From Patescibacteria group bacterium (GTDB lineage Bacteria > Patescibacteriota > Patescibacteriia > Patescibacteriales > UBA12075): 64,000 bases of DNA. The DNA is taken from positions 28,692-92,691 of the forward strand of contig JAKJDO010000001.1 in the NCBI GenBank assembly GCA_022705905.1, read 5' to 3'. The notes beneath the pieces were generated by a model. The model was not told the DNA's origin. It made no database searches and saw only the letters and a program-made list of their open reading frames with translations. This document shows, piece by piece, positions 47,230 to 56,488 of the stretch. Position 1 is the first letter of the stretch. Each line of letters begins with the position of its first letter. A program made the translations under genes and the position numbers.

Positions 47230-49197
47230 TTACCAAACTAATTTCTTGCCTGTTTGTAGATACCATTCCTGAACATTAGCAAAACGATCACAAGGCAATA
47301 ATATGTCTTTAACCGCAAAACCTTTTAACTTTGAGCTCTGCGGATAAATATATACCGGCGAATACATAAATATAGCTGGCAATTGCTCGGCGATTATTTC
47401 TTGAAATTTCTTATAAAGTTCTTGGCGTTTGGCAGTATCAGAAGTCAAGCGAGCGTCTTCCAACAACTGATCAGTCTCTTTGTCGGAAAAATTGGCAATA
47501 TTAAATCCTCCGACGCCGGTTTGGGATGAATGCCAAAAAGCATAAGGATCAGGATCACCACCTAACGCCTGGCCGTAAAACAAGGCGTCAAAATTACGGC
47601 CTTTTAAAACCTCAGTTTGTATCTGGCTGGCAGAAAAAAACTGTAGCTCGGTTTTAACTCCTAATGCCTCCCAAAAATTTTTTATTGATTCAGCCACAAT
47701 CTTGTTTTCATTACGATCAACTGTATTCAGTCTGATAATCAAAAATTCGCCTTTCTTCTGCCTCCACTTACCTTCTCCGACCCGTAAAATTTTATCAGCC
47801 GCGGCCATGGTCTGTTCGTCGCTAGAGCCTAGGGCTTCCGTGGCCTGTTGCACTTGTTCGGAAGTAACATCAACCAACTTCCAATCGGTATTGTTCAACA
47901 ATTCATCAGACTTGCTTGTATTATACTCGTATTTCTTAATATCCTGGTAATATGCAAAACTATTGGATAAAATCGGTCCGTCAACTAAATAAGCACTTCC
48001 GTTTAAATGCTCGTTAATTATCTGATTGCGATCAAGCGCATAAGCCAATGCCTGCCTAACTGCCTTATCAGCTAAAGCGGGGTTGCCCTGTTGGTTTAAA
48101 AAAACAGCAGTCAATTGCGGCATAAACAATCGATTAAAATTATAGCTTTTGGGCGTAATTATCTGATTTTTAAGACCCTCTGAAAGATAGCTGATGCCAT
48201 CAACTTCATTGTTGTTCAAAGCATTAATAGCCTCTTCAAAGCTCGGATAAAATTTAAAAACTATATTAACGTACGGCTTCTCGCCGTAATAATCATCGTT
48301 AATTGATAGACTGTACTCTTTAATATTACCGGCTTTATCAACTATATATTTATCAAAACGATAAGGCCCTGAGCCAATCGGTTTTTTTTGATATTGAGTA
48401 AGCTCAAAAGACTCTGGCGCGATCTCTCCCCATAAATTCGCGGGCAAAATGCCAAAAGTAAGCAAGTCCAAAAAAGCGGCATACGGCTCAGACAAAATAA
48501 ATCTTAATTTTTCGTTGTCTATTTTTTCAATTTCTACCCCAGAAAAGCTAGGGCGCAAAGGAGAATTGTACTGTTTATTTTTAATGGCCCCGAATGTAAA
48601 AACTATATCATCGGCATTCAATGAACTACCGCTAATCAAAGAGTTGCCAGATTGCCACCTTGCGTCTTCCTTGATGGTCAAAGTATAAACCTTATTATCA
48701 GCTGAAATTTCATAATTATCGACCAAGTCTTTAACTAATTCTCCGTTTTGGCCGCGTTTAAAAAGCGAAGAGTAAACTAAACTGCTTATATCATTATCAA
48801 CGTCATTAACTTTGGCATATAACGGGTTAACATGCACCGGCGAACCAACTAAAGCTTCGACATAAGTACCCCCACGCACCGGCACTAACTGCAAATGGTC
48901 TTTATAAAATTTACCTCCCAAGAAAACCAAGCAAATAATAATAATAAACAAACTGACTCTAACAACAAAAAGCTCCCGGGGACTAAGAAACCTTTTAATA
49001 TATTTTATTTGTTTGAAGCTGGGAATCCTAGTTTTAGACAATGAAAAAACTAATTTTTTATCTAGCTCTATCTGCTGGCGAGAATAATCGACTTTCTTGT
49101 TCTTAAAATTAAAAGAGGGCAAAAAATCAATCAAATTAGCAAAAGCCTCTTGGATGGTTTTAATTGTTTTTTTAAAAAATATAATCAATGAGTCCAC
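47230..49197 (-). CDS. ABC transporter substrate-binding protein, family 5 (peptide/nickel-type), membrane-anchored.
   Basis: N-terminal TM segment and SBP_bac_5-like core (..YTLTIKEDARWQSG..). Length is 655 aa. Confidence 0.6.
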   Translation of the reverse strand: MDSLIIFFKKTIKTIQEAFANLIDFLPSFNFKNKKVDYSRQQIELDKKLVFSLSKTRIPSFKQIKYIKRFLSPRELFVVRVSLFIIIICLVFLGGKFYKDHLQLVPVRGGTYVEALVGSPVHVNPLYAKVNDVDNDISSLVYSSLFKRGQNGELVKDLVDNYEISADNKVYTLTIKEDARWQSGNSLISGSSLNADDIVFTFGAIKNKQYNSPLRPSFSGVEIEKIDNEKLRFILSEPYAAFLDLLTFGILPANLWGEIAPESFELTQYQKKPIGSGPYRFDKYIVDKAGNIKEYSLSINDDYYGEKPYVNIVFKFYPSFEEAINALNNNEVDGISYLSEGLKNQIITPKSYNFNRLFMPQLTAVFLNQQGNPALADKAVRQALAYALDRNQIINEHLNGSAYLVDGPILSNSFAYYQDIKKYEYNTSKSDELLNNTDWKLVDVTSEQVQQATEALGSSDEQTMAAADKILRVGEGKWRQKKGEFLIIRLNTVDRNENKIVAESIKNFWEALGVKTELQFFSASQIQTEVLKGRNFDALFYGQALGGDPDPYAFWHSSQTGVGGFNIANFSDKETDQLLEDARLTSDTAKRQELYKKFQEIIAEQLPAIFMYSPVYIYPQSSKLKGFAVKDILLPCDRFANVQEWYLQTGKKLVW

Positions 49198-49260
49198 AAA
49201 AAAATATGAGCTTGGGTCGTTTGTTATAACAACAAAACAAACCCATTTATTAAGGAGTTC

Positions 49261-49476
49261 TTATTTTATAATGACGTAAAAGGAAATAGCGAAGAAGATA
49301 ATAGATAAAGCTATGGTTGAGATAAATATTTTCTTTTCTAGCCCGCGTTTAGCCATATAGAAACCGCCACCGCTGCCTCCAAAGACACCTGACAAACCGC
49401 CGCTCCTATTCTGCATCAAAACAGCCGTTATCAATAATATCGAAACAATAATTTGCAATATTTTAATAAAATCCAT
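49261..49476 (-). CDS. secG: Preprotein translocase subunit SecG.
   Basis: 71 aa, two TM helices, Gly-rich loop LMQNRSGGLSGVFGGSGGG. Confidence 0.7.
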   Translation of the reverse strand: MDFIKILQIIVSILLITAVLMQNRSGGLSGVFGGSGGGFYMAKRGLEKKIFISTIALSIIFFAISFYVIIK

Positions 49477-49518
49477 ATAAATAAATTATATCACATTTTG
49501 TCTTATTAGTCAATATAA

Positions 49519-49866
49519 CTACGTTTTTACAGTCTCTACTATTTTTTTCATTACCTCTTGGTTATTTTCGGCTAAATCAGCCAATACTTTCTTATCTATT
49601 AAAATATCCTTTTTCTTCAATAAGGCCATAAAACGGGAGTAGCTTAAATCGTATTCTTTAACAAAGGCGCTGATTTTAATATGCCACAAACCACGATTAA
49701 CTCTCTTTTTTTTGCGTCTGTCAACATAAGCATGAACACCAGCCTTAACTACCGCTTCTTTAGCGCGCTTAATTAATTTTTTACGCCCCCATTTATATCC
49801 TTTGGTTTTGGCTAAAAGCTTTTTTCTTTTTTTTGTATGAGAAGTTCCTCTTTTTACTCTTGGCAT
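49519..49866 (-). CDS. rplT: 50S ribosomal protein L20.
   Basis: MPRVKRGTSHTKKRKKLLAKTKGY. Confidence 0.9.
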   Translation of the reverse strand: MPRVKRGTSHTKKRKKLLAKTKGYKWGRKKLIKRAKEAVVKAGVHAYVDRRKKKRVNRGLWHIKISAFVKEYDLSYSRFMALLKKKDILIDKKVLADLAENNQEVMKKIVETVKT

Positions 49867-49898
49867 ATTTTTAAATAATAATTACTCAAAAACCTAAT

Positions 49899-50096
49899 TT
49901 AATTATAAGGCATCAGGGTTTTAATAGTTTTCTCTAAAGATGAATGTGTATCAATATCCCGTCTTTTATTACGCTTGGTTTTGCCTGATTCGCGAGCGTT
50001 AAAATGATCTTGTCCAGCTTTTCTTTGCTTGATTTTCTTGGTTTTAGTTATAGAAAAACGCTTGCTGGTGGCTTTGTGTGTCTTTATTTTAGGCAT
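49899..50096 (-). CDS. rpmI: 50S ribosomal protein L35.
   Basis: MPKIKTHKATSKRF. Length is 65 aa. The gene lies between infC and rplT. Confidence 0.85.
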   Translation of the reverse strand: MPKIKTHKATSKRFSITKTKKIKQRKAGQDHFNARESGKTKRNKRRDIDTHSSLEKTIKTLMPYN

Positions 50097-50149
50097 AATA
50101 TTTAATAAGTAATAATAAAAAACAGGTACTTTACCTGGTTTTTTACAGA

Positions 50150-50707
50150 TTAATCGTTACGATTGAATAACACCATATTATATCTTCCACCCTGTTTTGT
50201 CAAGTCCTGCTCAACGCCCAAATTCAAACCCTCTCTGGTCTGTAAATGTTTTACAAAATCTCTGATTGTTTCAGCGCCCTTCTCTGGAAATTGCTTTTCG
50301 CGCCCTTTAAGCATCAGCTCTATCTTCAATTTATCGCCTCTTTTTAAAAATTTCTCTGCCTGCTCAGCGCGCATTTCTGAATCATGCTGGCTAATTCTAA
50401 CTGACAGTCTAACGCATTTTAATTCCACTTTTTTCTGCTGAACTTTCTGCTTATGCGCCTTCTTTTCCTGCTCGTATTTAAATTGACCGTAATCCATTAT
50501 CTTAACCACCGGACATTCGCCTTTAGGATTAACTTCAACTAGATCCGATTCTGCTTCACGCGCCATTGCTAATGCTTCTTGAATACTAATCCGACCTCGA
50601 TTTTCTCCATTTTCATCAATCAGAAAAACCTCGGGTACACGAATTTGTTCGTTGACCCTAAATCGTTTTTCTTCGGTTGGTTTCGCTTTTTTCCAAGTTC
50701 TACGCAT
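50150..50707 (-). CDS. infC: Translation initiation factor IF-3.
   Basis: INEQIRVPEVFLIDENGE.. and the infC-rpmI-rplT gene order. Confidence 0.85.
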   Translation of the reverse strand: MRRTWKKAKPTEEKRFRVNEQIRVPEVFLIDENGENRGRISIQEALAMAREAESDLVEVNPKGECPVVKIMDYGQFKYEQEKKAHKQKVQQKKVELKCVRLSVRISQHDSEMRAEQAEKFLKRGDKLKIELMLKGREKQFPEKGAETIRDFVKHLQTREGLNLGVEQDLTKQGGRYNMVLFNRND

Positions 50708-51017
50708 AAAATGAGTGGCTACCCGCCAATTGGGCGGGCTCTCGACCTTGGCAAGGTCGCCCTTTAACTAAAGTGTTATTTAAAATCTTTTGGAGATCTT
50801 CTCTGCCGTGTCCAGTCTTAAAAAATCTTTCTCTTTTTCTTGCATCAATCTCATCTATAAACGCTTCGGCAAATATCAATTTGAACAATCTTCTATTTCT
50901 AGTAGATTCATTCGCTCCGTCGTTATGTTTTTTAATTCTTTCATCTAAATTTTCTGTGTAACCAATATATAATTTTTTATCTTTCAAACTTCTTAAGATG
51001 TAAACGTAATAAAACAT
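50700..51017 (-). CDS. GIY-YIG nuclease-family small protein. Its C-terminal tail reads through a tRNA-Gly-derived repeat.
   Basis: MFYYVYILRSLKDKKLYIGYTENLDERIKKHN motif. The gene is wedged between tRNA-Gly and infC. Confidence 0.6.
   Translation of the reverse strand: MFYYVYILRSLKDKKLYIGYTENLDERIKKHNDGANESTRNRRLFKLIFAEAFIDEIDARKRERFFKTGHGREDLQKILNNTLVKGRPCQGREPAQLAGSHSFYA
50739..50760. repeat. 22-nt exact duplicate of the tRNA-Gly anticodon-arm region (ctctcgaccttggcaaggtcgc; tRNA copy at 51061-51082) plus an adjacent pseudo-T-arm (cccgcc-aattg-ggcggg).
   Basis: Exact match seen in the sequence. It lies at the distal end of the GIY-YIG gene. Confidence 0.55.
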
Positions 51018-51032
51018 CTTTTTTATATTTCA

Positions 51033-51107
51033 TGGAGCGGGTAACGGGAATTGAACCCGTCTCTCGACCTTGGCAAGGTCGCATAATAGCCACTATACGA
51101 TACCCGC
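51033..51107 (-). tRNA. tRNA-Gly (anticodon GCC), CCA encoded.
   Basis: Manual fold. Acceptor GCGGGTA/TACCCGC, anticodon stem CGACC/GGTCG with loop TTGCCAA, T-loop GGTTCAATTCC. Confidence 0.8.
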
Positions 51108-51160
51108 CTACGTTCTGCTTCGACAGAACTCCGGCGGGGCAAGTCCGCCAGTTTTTCCGT

Positions 51161-51185
51161 GTCATTCCCGCGAAAGCGGGAATCC
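51161..51185. repeat. Hairpin repeat GTCATTCCCGCG-aaa-GCGGGAATCC (family copy 2).
   Basis: Perfect 8-bp stem with a GAAA loop. A GC hairpin ggcgg-ggcaagt-ccgcc plus T-run precedes it at 51132-51155. Confidence 0.5.
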
Positions 51186-51323
51186 AGAAAATTGTAGGAA
51201 ATAAAATTCTATACGAAAAAAGTTAAGAAATCAAAGATTCTTAACAATAATTATTATAGAGTAAAACTATTTTTTTGGCAAGGGCTTGAAAATAAGATAA
51301 AATTATGTTATAGTCCGAAAGAT

Positions 51324-51794
51324 ATGTCAGCCTTAGCAGTCAACAAAAGAGCCAATTTTGATTATGAAATAACCGACAAACATGAAGCCGGCATCGTTCT
51401 TTTTGGCCATGAAGCCAAATCAATCAAAACCGGGCACATCAGCCTAAAAGGGGCTTTTGTTACCGTAAAAAATACAACCAAAAACCTGCCGGAATTATAT
51501 CTGATCAACGCGCACATACCTCTTTATGCTAAAGCTAGCACTGTCAAATCATATGATCCTACGCGACCCAGAAAATTACTCCTGCACAAAAATGAAATAA
51601 ACAAATTAATTGGCAAGAAACAAGAACAAGGATTAACCTTGGTGCCGATCAAAATTTATTCTAAGCACAGTTTGATAAAACTAGAATTCGGTGTCGGCCG
51701 TGGCAAAAAAAAGTTCGACAAAAGAGAGGTGATAAAAAAACGCGAGGTTGATAAACAAATTAGAACTTTGACAAAAACGAAAGCAAGAAAATAA
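51324..51794 (+). CDS. smpB: SsrA-binding protein.
   Basis: MSALAVNKRANFDYEI..GIVLFGHEAKSIK. The gene is followed by tmRNA. Confidence 0.85.
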   Translation: MSALAVNKRANFDYEITDKHEAGIVLFGHEAKSIKTGHISLKGAFVTVKNTTKNLPELYLINAHIPLYAKASTVKSYDPTRPRKLLLHKNEINKLIGKKQEQGLTLVPIKIYSKHSLIKLEFGVGRGKKKFDKREVIKKREVDKQIRTLTKTKARK

Positions 51795-51800
51795 CCTACT

Positions 51801-51866
51801 GTCATCCTGAACGAAGTGAAGGATCTCGCAATTAAAAACAAGATTCTTCGCTTTGCTCAGAATGAC
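51801..51866. repeat. MITE-like inverted-repeat element. Arm gtcatcctgaacgaagtgaaggatctcg, 12-nt spacer, inverted arm agattcttcgctttgctcagaatgac. It lies between smpB and ssrA.
   Basis: The two arms are imperfect reverse complements and belong to the GTCATYCTGAGCG family. Confidence 0.5.
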
Positions 51867-51874
51867 AAAAATAC

Positions 51875-52254
51875 GGGGATGATAGGATTCGATAATAATG
51901 CCATCTAAAAACATTCGGAACGTGCCTGACACCACGCAAATCTGTCAAAAACAATAAGTGCAAAAAACTTATTAGCAAAAGCTATGGACGCTTTCCGCGC
52001 ACCAGCTTTCGCTCCTGTTCTTGCCTAAAAACGCAAGAGCCATCCGTCCAGTCAGGCCTGATAGCTGGTCACGGGTGTCATAACATCGGGCTTAGTTTAT
52101 AAAGACGTTCTGATTTATAGACAAAATTAAAGAACTAGCTATTATCGGTTTTGTTTAGTTTTCTACGTTAGTGGTTAAATTCCAAACTAAACTATTTCCG
52201 TAAATATGTTTTCTAGATTATTATTAGACGCGGGTTCAACTCCCGCCATCTCCA
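51875..52254 (+). ncRNA. ssrA: tmRNA (ssrA).
   Basis: 5' GGGGATGATAGGATTCGA and 3' GACGCGGGTTCAACTCCCGCCATCTCCA form the tRNA-like domain. An internal tag ORF (..AKAMDAFRAPAFAPVLA*) spans about 51975-52026. The gene is immediately downstream of smpB. Confidence 0.85.
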
Positions 52255-52270
52255 CTCGGTTTTAAAAAAG

Positions 52271-52304
52271 AAAAGGCGGCTCGCTGAGAACCGCCTTTTT
52301 TTGT
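52271..52304 (+). terminator. Terminator after ssrA: aaggcgg-ctcgctgagaa-ccgcctt followed by tttttt.
   Basis: 7-bp GC stem plus T-run. Confidence 0.6.
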
Positions 52305-52344
52305 TCATCAGTCTGCATACCGTCTGGCACGGCTGCTCGACTAC

Positions 52345-52698
52345 CTACTTGTATAAGATTTTGAGCGTGCCTGTTGGTATGTTGGCTGCCTCCACTTCGC
52401 AGGCACTCCTTATCTGCGGCGGTTCGCTACCGCCCGGCGAAAAGTACCATTTCGCAGCAATCTGACTCGCGAAACTGGGAGTAAGGCAAAAAACACACGC
52501 GTTGCGCCCAGACAGAGCCGGACTGATGATCGAGATCGTCTGGTACGTGACGTCGTATCCGACGATCTGACCAGTTATCGTTCTCTCCTCGCTATCGCCC
52601 CGTCTCCGATAAGAATAGGTAAAATTCTTTCCCACTGCCTCGTCAACTGGCGGCAACCCAACCCTCCTCAGAAACTCATCTATCTTTGTCTTATCCAT
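52345..52698 (-). CDS. Hypothetical 117-aa protein encoded by a GC-rich (about 52%) segment that looks compositionally foreign.
   Basis: RBS gagaggag + 7 nt + ATG. Composition differs sharply from its surroundings. It sits between ssrA and tRNA-Leu. Confidence 0.4.
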   Translation of the reverse strand: MDKTKIDEFLRRVGLPPVDEAVGKNFTYSYRRRGDSEERTITGQIVGYDVTYQTISIISPALSGRNACVFCLTPSFASQIAAKWYFSPGGSEPPQIRSACEVEAANIPTGTLKILYK

Positions 52699-52848
52699 TA
52701 TGAGCTCCTCTCTTAGAATGTTCGAATCTTAAAATACTATAGAAAAGCATTAATTATGTCAAGTTTGCATAAACTTGCCAAAACTAAAAACATCGGCTAC
52801 AATAATTTTGAGCATGACCTGCTTATTTTTTATTAGGAAGTCAAGCTT

Positions 52849-52932
52849 GCCGTGGTGGCGGAACTGGTAGACGCGCTGGACTTAAAATCCAGTTGTGGCG
52901 ACACAGTGAGGGTTCGATTCCCTCCCACGGCA
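52849..52932 (+). tRNA. tRNA-Leu (anticodon TAA) with a long variable arm.
   Basis: Manual fold. Acceptor GCCGTGG/CCACGGC, anticodon loop CTTAAAA, T-loop GGTTCGATTCC. Confidence 0.85.
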
Positions 52933-52935
52933 CAA

Positions 52936-52968
52936 AAAAAAGAGAGACCAACTTTGACCTCTCTTTTT
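52936..52968 (+). terminator. Terminator after tRNA-Leu: agagag...ctctct followed by tttttt.
   Basis: Inverted repeat plus T-run. Confidence 0.45.
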
Positions 52969-52981
52969 TATTCTTAAAAAT

Positions 52982-54268
52982 TTATTTTTCTACATTCCAT
53001 TCTTTCAGCTTATTAACTACTTTCTTACTAGCAAAAACGTTATAGACATAATTTAAATATTCCGGTGAATGAAGCTTTTTTAGAACTTCTTGATTGTCAT
53101 GATAATGTTTTTTCATTTCAGCAACGTGCTTTTCGACTTCCTCTTCTTCGACTTTGATATTTTCCCTTTCAGCAATTTCTCTAATTAGTAGAGACGCCTT
53201 TACTCTCTTAACCGCTTCTGGCAATAAATCTAGCATTAATTGATCGTGAGTTTTTTTGATGCTAGCTAAATAGTCCTCAAACTTACCACCCTGCTCGGCA
53301 ATGGTATGTTCTAGTTCATGAACCATATTGTGACTTTCATGTTCGATCAACATTTCTGGCAAATCATTAATTCTGGTTTTCTCTAAAATTTTTCCCAAGA
53401 TTTCTTTTTCTAAAACCTGTTCAGCCTCTTTATCTTTTTGATCAACAACGCTCTTCTTAACATTATTCTTAAAGTCTTCAAATTTCTTTAATCCAAAGGC
53501 ACTAGCAAAGTCATCGTCAAGCGCTGGCAGCTCTCTTTTATAAACTTCTTTAATTGTCACTCGGAAATCTACCATTTTACCAGCCAAATTTTTCATATGG
53601 AAATCAGCCGGATATGGCAGTTCAAATTCGCGCACGTCGCCCTTTTTAGCACCAATTATTTTTTTATCAAAGCCAGGGACAATATAATCTTTACCGACTA
53701 CAATCGCCGCATCTTTACCTTGCCCGCCCTCAACCGGCACTTTATCTAAAAACATAGCTAGGTCAACTAAAACCTTATCTCCGTCTTTTACTTCCTCGTC
53801 AGATAAAATTTCCTTAACGCGCATTTCACGTAAATCATTTAGAATTTTATTTATTTCCTCGTCTTCTACTTTTACCTCTTTCTTTTTTATTTTTAAATCT
53901 TTATACTCGCCTAATTTTATTTCTGGTAACACGGCTACAATGATTTTAAATTCTAAAGGATTGCCTGGTGCTAATTTGGTAATTTCAACTTTCGGTTGTC
54001 CGACAATTTGCCTCTCAATATTGTCTTTCAAAATCTGGTCGATGTTCTTGTGAATAGCTAAATTAGCTGCTTCTTCTAGAATCGTCATGTCGCCTATTTT
54101 CTGACGCAAAATGTCTATTGGCACATTACCAGGACGAAACCCATCAATCTTCACCTCCCGAGATACGTTCTTCGCGCCTTGTTCATAAAATGGCTTTAAT
54201 TCATCATAAGTCATCTCCACCGCTAGCTCAAATTGTGATTTCCCCAAATCTTTTTTTTCTATTTTCAT
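52982..54268 (-). CDS. tig: Trigger factor.
   Basis: N-terminal ribosome-binding domain (GFRPGNVP), PPIase and C-terminal domains. Length is 428 aa. Confidence 0.85.
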   Translation of the reverse strand: MKIEKKDLGKSQFELAVEMTYDELKPFYEQGAKNVSREVKIDGFRPGNVPIDILRQKIGDMTILEEAANLAIHKNIDQILKDNIERQIVGQPKVEITKLAPGNPLEFKIIVAVLPEIKLGEYKDLKIKKKEVKVEDEEINKILNDLREMRVKEILSDEEVKDGDKVLVDLAMFLDKVPVEGGQGKDAAIVVGKDYIVPGFDKKIIGAKKGDVREFELPYPADFHMKNLAGKMVDFRVTIKEVYKRELPALDDDFASAFGLKKFEDFKNNVKKSVVDQKDKEAEQVLEKEILGKILEKTRINDLPEMLIEHESHNMVHELEHTIAEQGGKFEDYLASIKKTHDQLMLDLLPEAVKRVKASLLIREIAERENIKVEEEEVEKHVAEMKKHYHDNQEVLKKLHSPEYLNYVYNVFASKKVVNKLKEWNVEK

Positions 54269-54277
54269 AGTTTAGAA

Positions 54278-55210
54278 TTATTTATCAAACACTTCTTGCA
54301 ACTTTGGTGTTACTTGTTTTTTACGCGATAAAATGCCTTCAATATAAACTCGGCTATTTTCTAGCCTTTTACCAAAAGCTTCGGCAAAACCGGCCTCATC
54401 ATCAGTCGCGACTAGAAACTGAGAACCTTCATTTATAATATCAGTAATAAACAAAATCGTTGTGTGATAGCCGTTGCTGCTTTTTATGTTTTGCAATTTT
54501 TCTAAAATTGAATCTTCCCTATTTTTAAATTCTGTTAAATCAACTGTTTCGACCTGGCCGATACCGAACTTACCGACCTTCATGGCGAAGTCTTTAAAAT
54601 CACTTTTGATTAAATTTTCATCTGACAATTCGGCTACACTGGCGCGAACTTTGAAAATCTCCATACCGAACTCCTGCCAATTTTCAATTTCAGCAATTTT
54701 CGCCAGGTCGGCAATAATGTCTTTGTCTTTAGCTGTGCAAGTTGGCGATTTGGTAATTACGGTGTCAACTAAAACAGCTGCTAGCATCAATCCGGCTAGT
54801 TTTTTGTCTAAAACTACATTGTTGCTTTTATATAAGTCAAAAACTATTGAGCAGCTTGAACCCCAAGGTTTAACGTAGAACAAAATTGGTTCACTGTATT
54901 TAAAATCAACTTTATGGTGGTCAATAACTTCAATAATTCTAGCGCTTTCAATACCATCAACGGCGTGTCCAAATTCATTGTGGTCAACTAGAACTACCTG
55001 TTTGTCAGCGGCATTATCAAGAATCGCCGGAACGTAAAAACCAAATTTATCTAAAGCATATTTTGTTTCCTTATTTACTTCGCTGGTGACAACCGCTTCA
55101 TATCGATCTGTGTTCTCTAAAATATTTTTTAAATTAGCATAGGCCATCGCCGCAAACACACTGTCCGCATCCGGCGATTTATGGCCGACTACATAAATTT
55201 TGTCTAACAT
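54278..55210 (-). CDS. ppaC: Family II (Mn-dependent, DHH) inorganic pyrophosphatase.
   Basis: VVGHKSPDADSVFAAMAY, DHN and DHH motifs. Length is 310 aa. Confidence 0.85.
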   Translation of the reverse strand: MLDKIYVVGHKSPDADSVFAAMAYANLKNILENTDRYEAVVTSEVNKETKYALDKFGFYVPAILDNAADKQVVLVDHNEFGHAVDGIESARIIEVIDHHKVDFKYSEPILFYVKPWGSSCSIVFDLYKSNNVVLDKKLAGLMLAAVLVDTVITKSPTCTAKDKDIIADLAKIAEIENWQEFGMEIFKVRASVAELSDENLIKSDFKDFAMKVGKFGIGQVETVDLTEFKNREDSILEKLQNIKSSNGYHTTILFITDIINEGSQFLVATDDEAGFAEAFGKRLENSRVYIEGILSRKKQVTPKLQEVFDK

Positions 55211-55231
55211 ATTTTTAAAATTAATTATTTT

Positions 55232-56488
55232 TTATTCTTGGACTTCAGCTTCTGGCTCTGGCGTTACTTCTTCTACGACCGGCTTCTTTTCTTCCGCTTC
55301 TTCAGCTTCCACTTTTTTACTTTTTTCGTCTTCGGTTTTTTCAACAATATCAATTTTCCAACCAGTCAATTTTGCCGCCAATCTCGCGTTTTGTCCGCCT
55401 TTGCCGATCGCTAAAGATAATTGCTCGGAAGACACTATCACAATCGCTTTCTTTTCCGCTTCATCTATTTCAATATTAATAATTTTAGCAGGCGATAAAG
55501 AGTTGCTAATATATTTGACAGGATCTTCATCGTAAGCAATAATGTCAACTTTCTCTCCGCCTAGTTCCTGGATGATCGTTTGGATGCGCGCGCCTCTTTG
55601 TCCCACACAAGAGCCGATCGGATCGACGTTGTCGGAATCGGTCCAAACTGCGACTTTTGAACGCGAACCAGCCTCTCGAGCCACACCTTTTATTTCTATT
55701 AAACCGTTGGAAATTTCCGGAATTTCCAGATAAAAAACTTTCTTTAAAATTTCATCCGAAGTTCTGGACAAAACAATCTCCGGTCCCTTAGTTTTTGAAC
55801 TTACTTCTTTAACAAAAACCTTGATGCGATCTCCGGTATTGTATCGCTCGCCTGGAATTTGCTCGTCAGGCGGCAAAACACCGACTGACTTGCCTAGGTC
55901 AACTAAAACGACCCTGCCTTCGCGTCTTTGCACAACACCGCTAACAACTTCATGCTCTTTGTCTTTAAAATCGGCAAATACCATTTCTCTTTCCGCTTCT
56001 CGCAGTCTCTGAATAATAACTTGCTTGGCGGTTTGAGCAGCCATACGACCATAAGACTCAGGTACTTCTAACTTCGTTTTTATTTCATCGCCGATTTTAG
56101 CTGTTTTTTTAATTAACTTGGCCTCAGTAATTTGCACTTCAGTTTTAGGGTTAAACCTTCTTTTTTCTTCTTCACCTTCTGCGCCCTCAGCTGAAGCCGT
56201 CTCGTTAGTTACAGCCGCTATCTCTTCCTCACCCTCTTCAATTATTTCTTCTTCTGGCATATCTTCAACCACAGTTTTTACGTCGTAAACTTTTGATTTG
56301 CCGGTCTCTGGATCAAACTCCACTTTAATATTTTGATTTTTTTTGCCGTAGTCCTTGCGATAAGCAGCGGCTAAAGCTGATTCAACTGTTTCAATAACGG
56401 CTTCGTAGCTTAGCCCCTTTTCTTCGCAAATTTGTCTAATAGCTTTTAATATTTCTGACATAATTTTATATTCTAGTGTCATTCCCAC
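55232..56488 (-). CDS. nusA: Transcription termination/antitermination factor NusA with an acidic insert.
   Basis: N-terminal domain (MSEILKAIRQICEEKGL), S1 and two KH domains. Confidence 0.85.
   Translation of the reverse strand: MGMTLEYKIMSEILKAIRQICEEKGLSYEAVIETVESALAAAYRKDYGKKNQNIKVEFDPETGKSKVYDVKTVVEDMPEEEIIEEGEEEIAAVTNETASAEGAEGEEEKRRFNPKTEVQITEAKLIKKTAKIGDEIKTKLEVPESYGRMAAQTAKQVIIQRLREAEREMVFADFKDKEHEVVSGVVQRREGRVVLVDLGKSVGVLPPDEQIPGERYNTGDRIKVFVKEVSSKTKGPEIVLSRTSDEILKKVFYLEIPEISNGLIEIKGVAREAGSRSKVAVWTDSDNVDPIGSCVGQRGARIQTIIQELGGEKVDIIAYDEDPVKYISNSLSPAKIINIEIDEAEKKAIVIVSSEQLSLAIGKGGQNARLAAKLTGWKIDIVEKTEDEKSKKVEAEEAEEKKPVVEEVTPEPEAEVQE

Noticed and set aside
50977-51165. 62-aa ORF and the 51032-51226 ORF.
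   Set aside because: Both overlap tRNA-Gly and the hairpin repeat. They have no coding signal.
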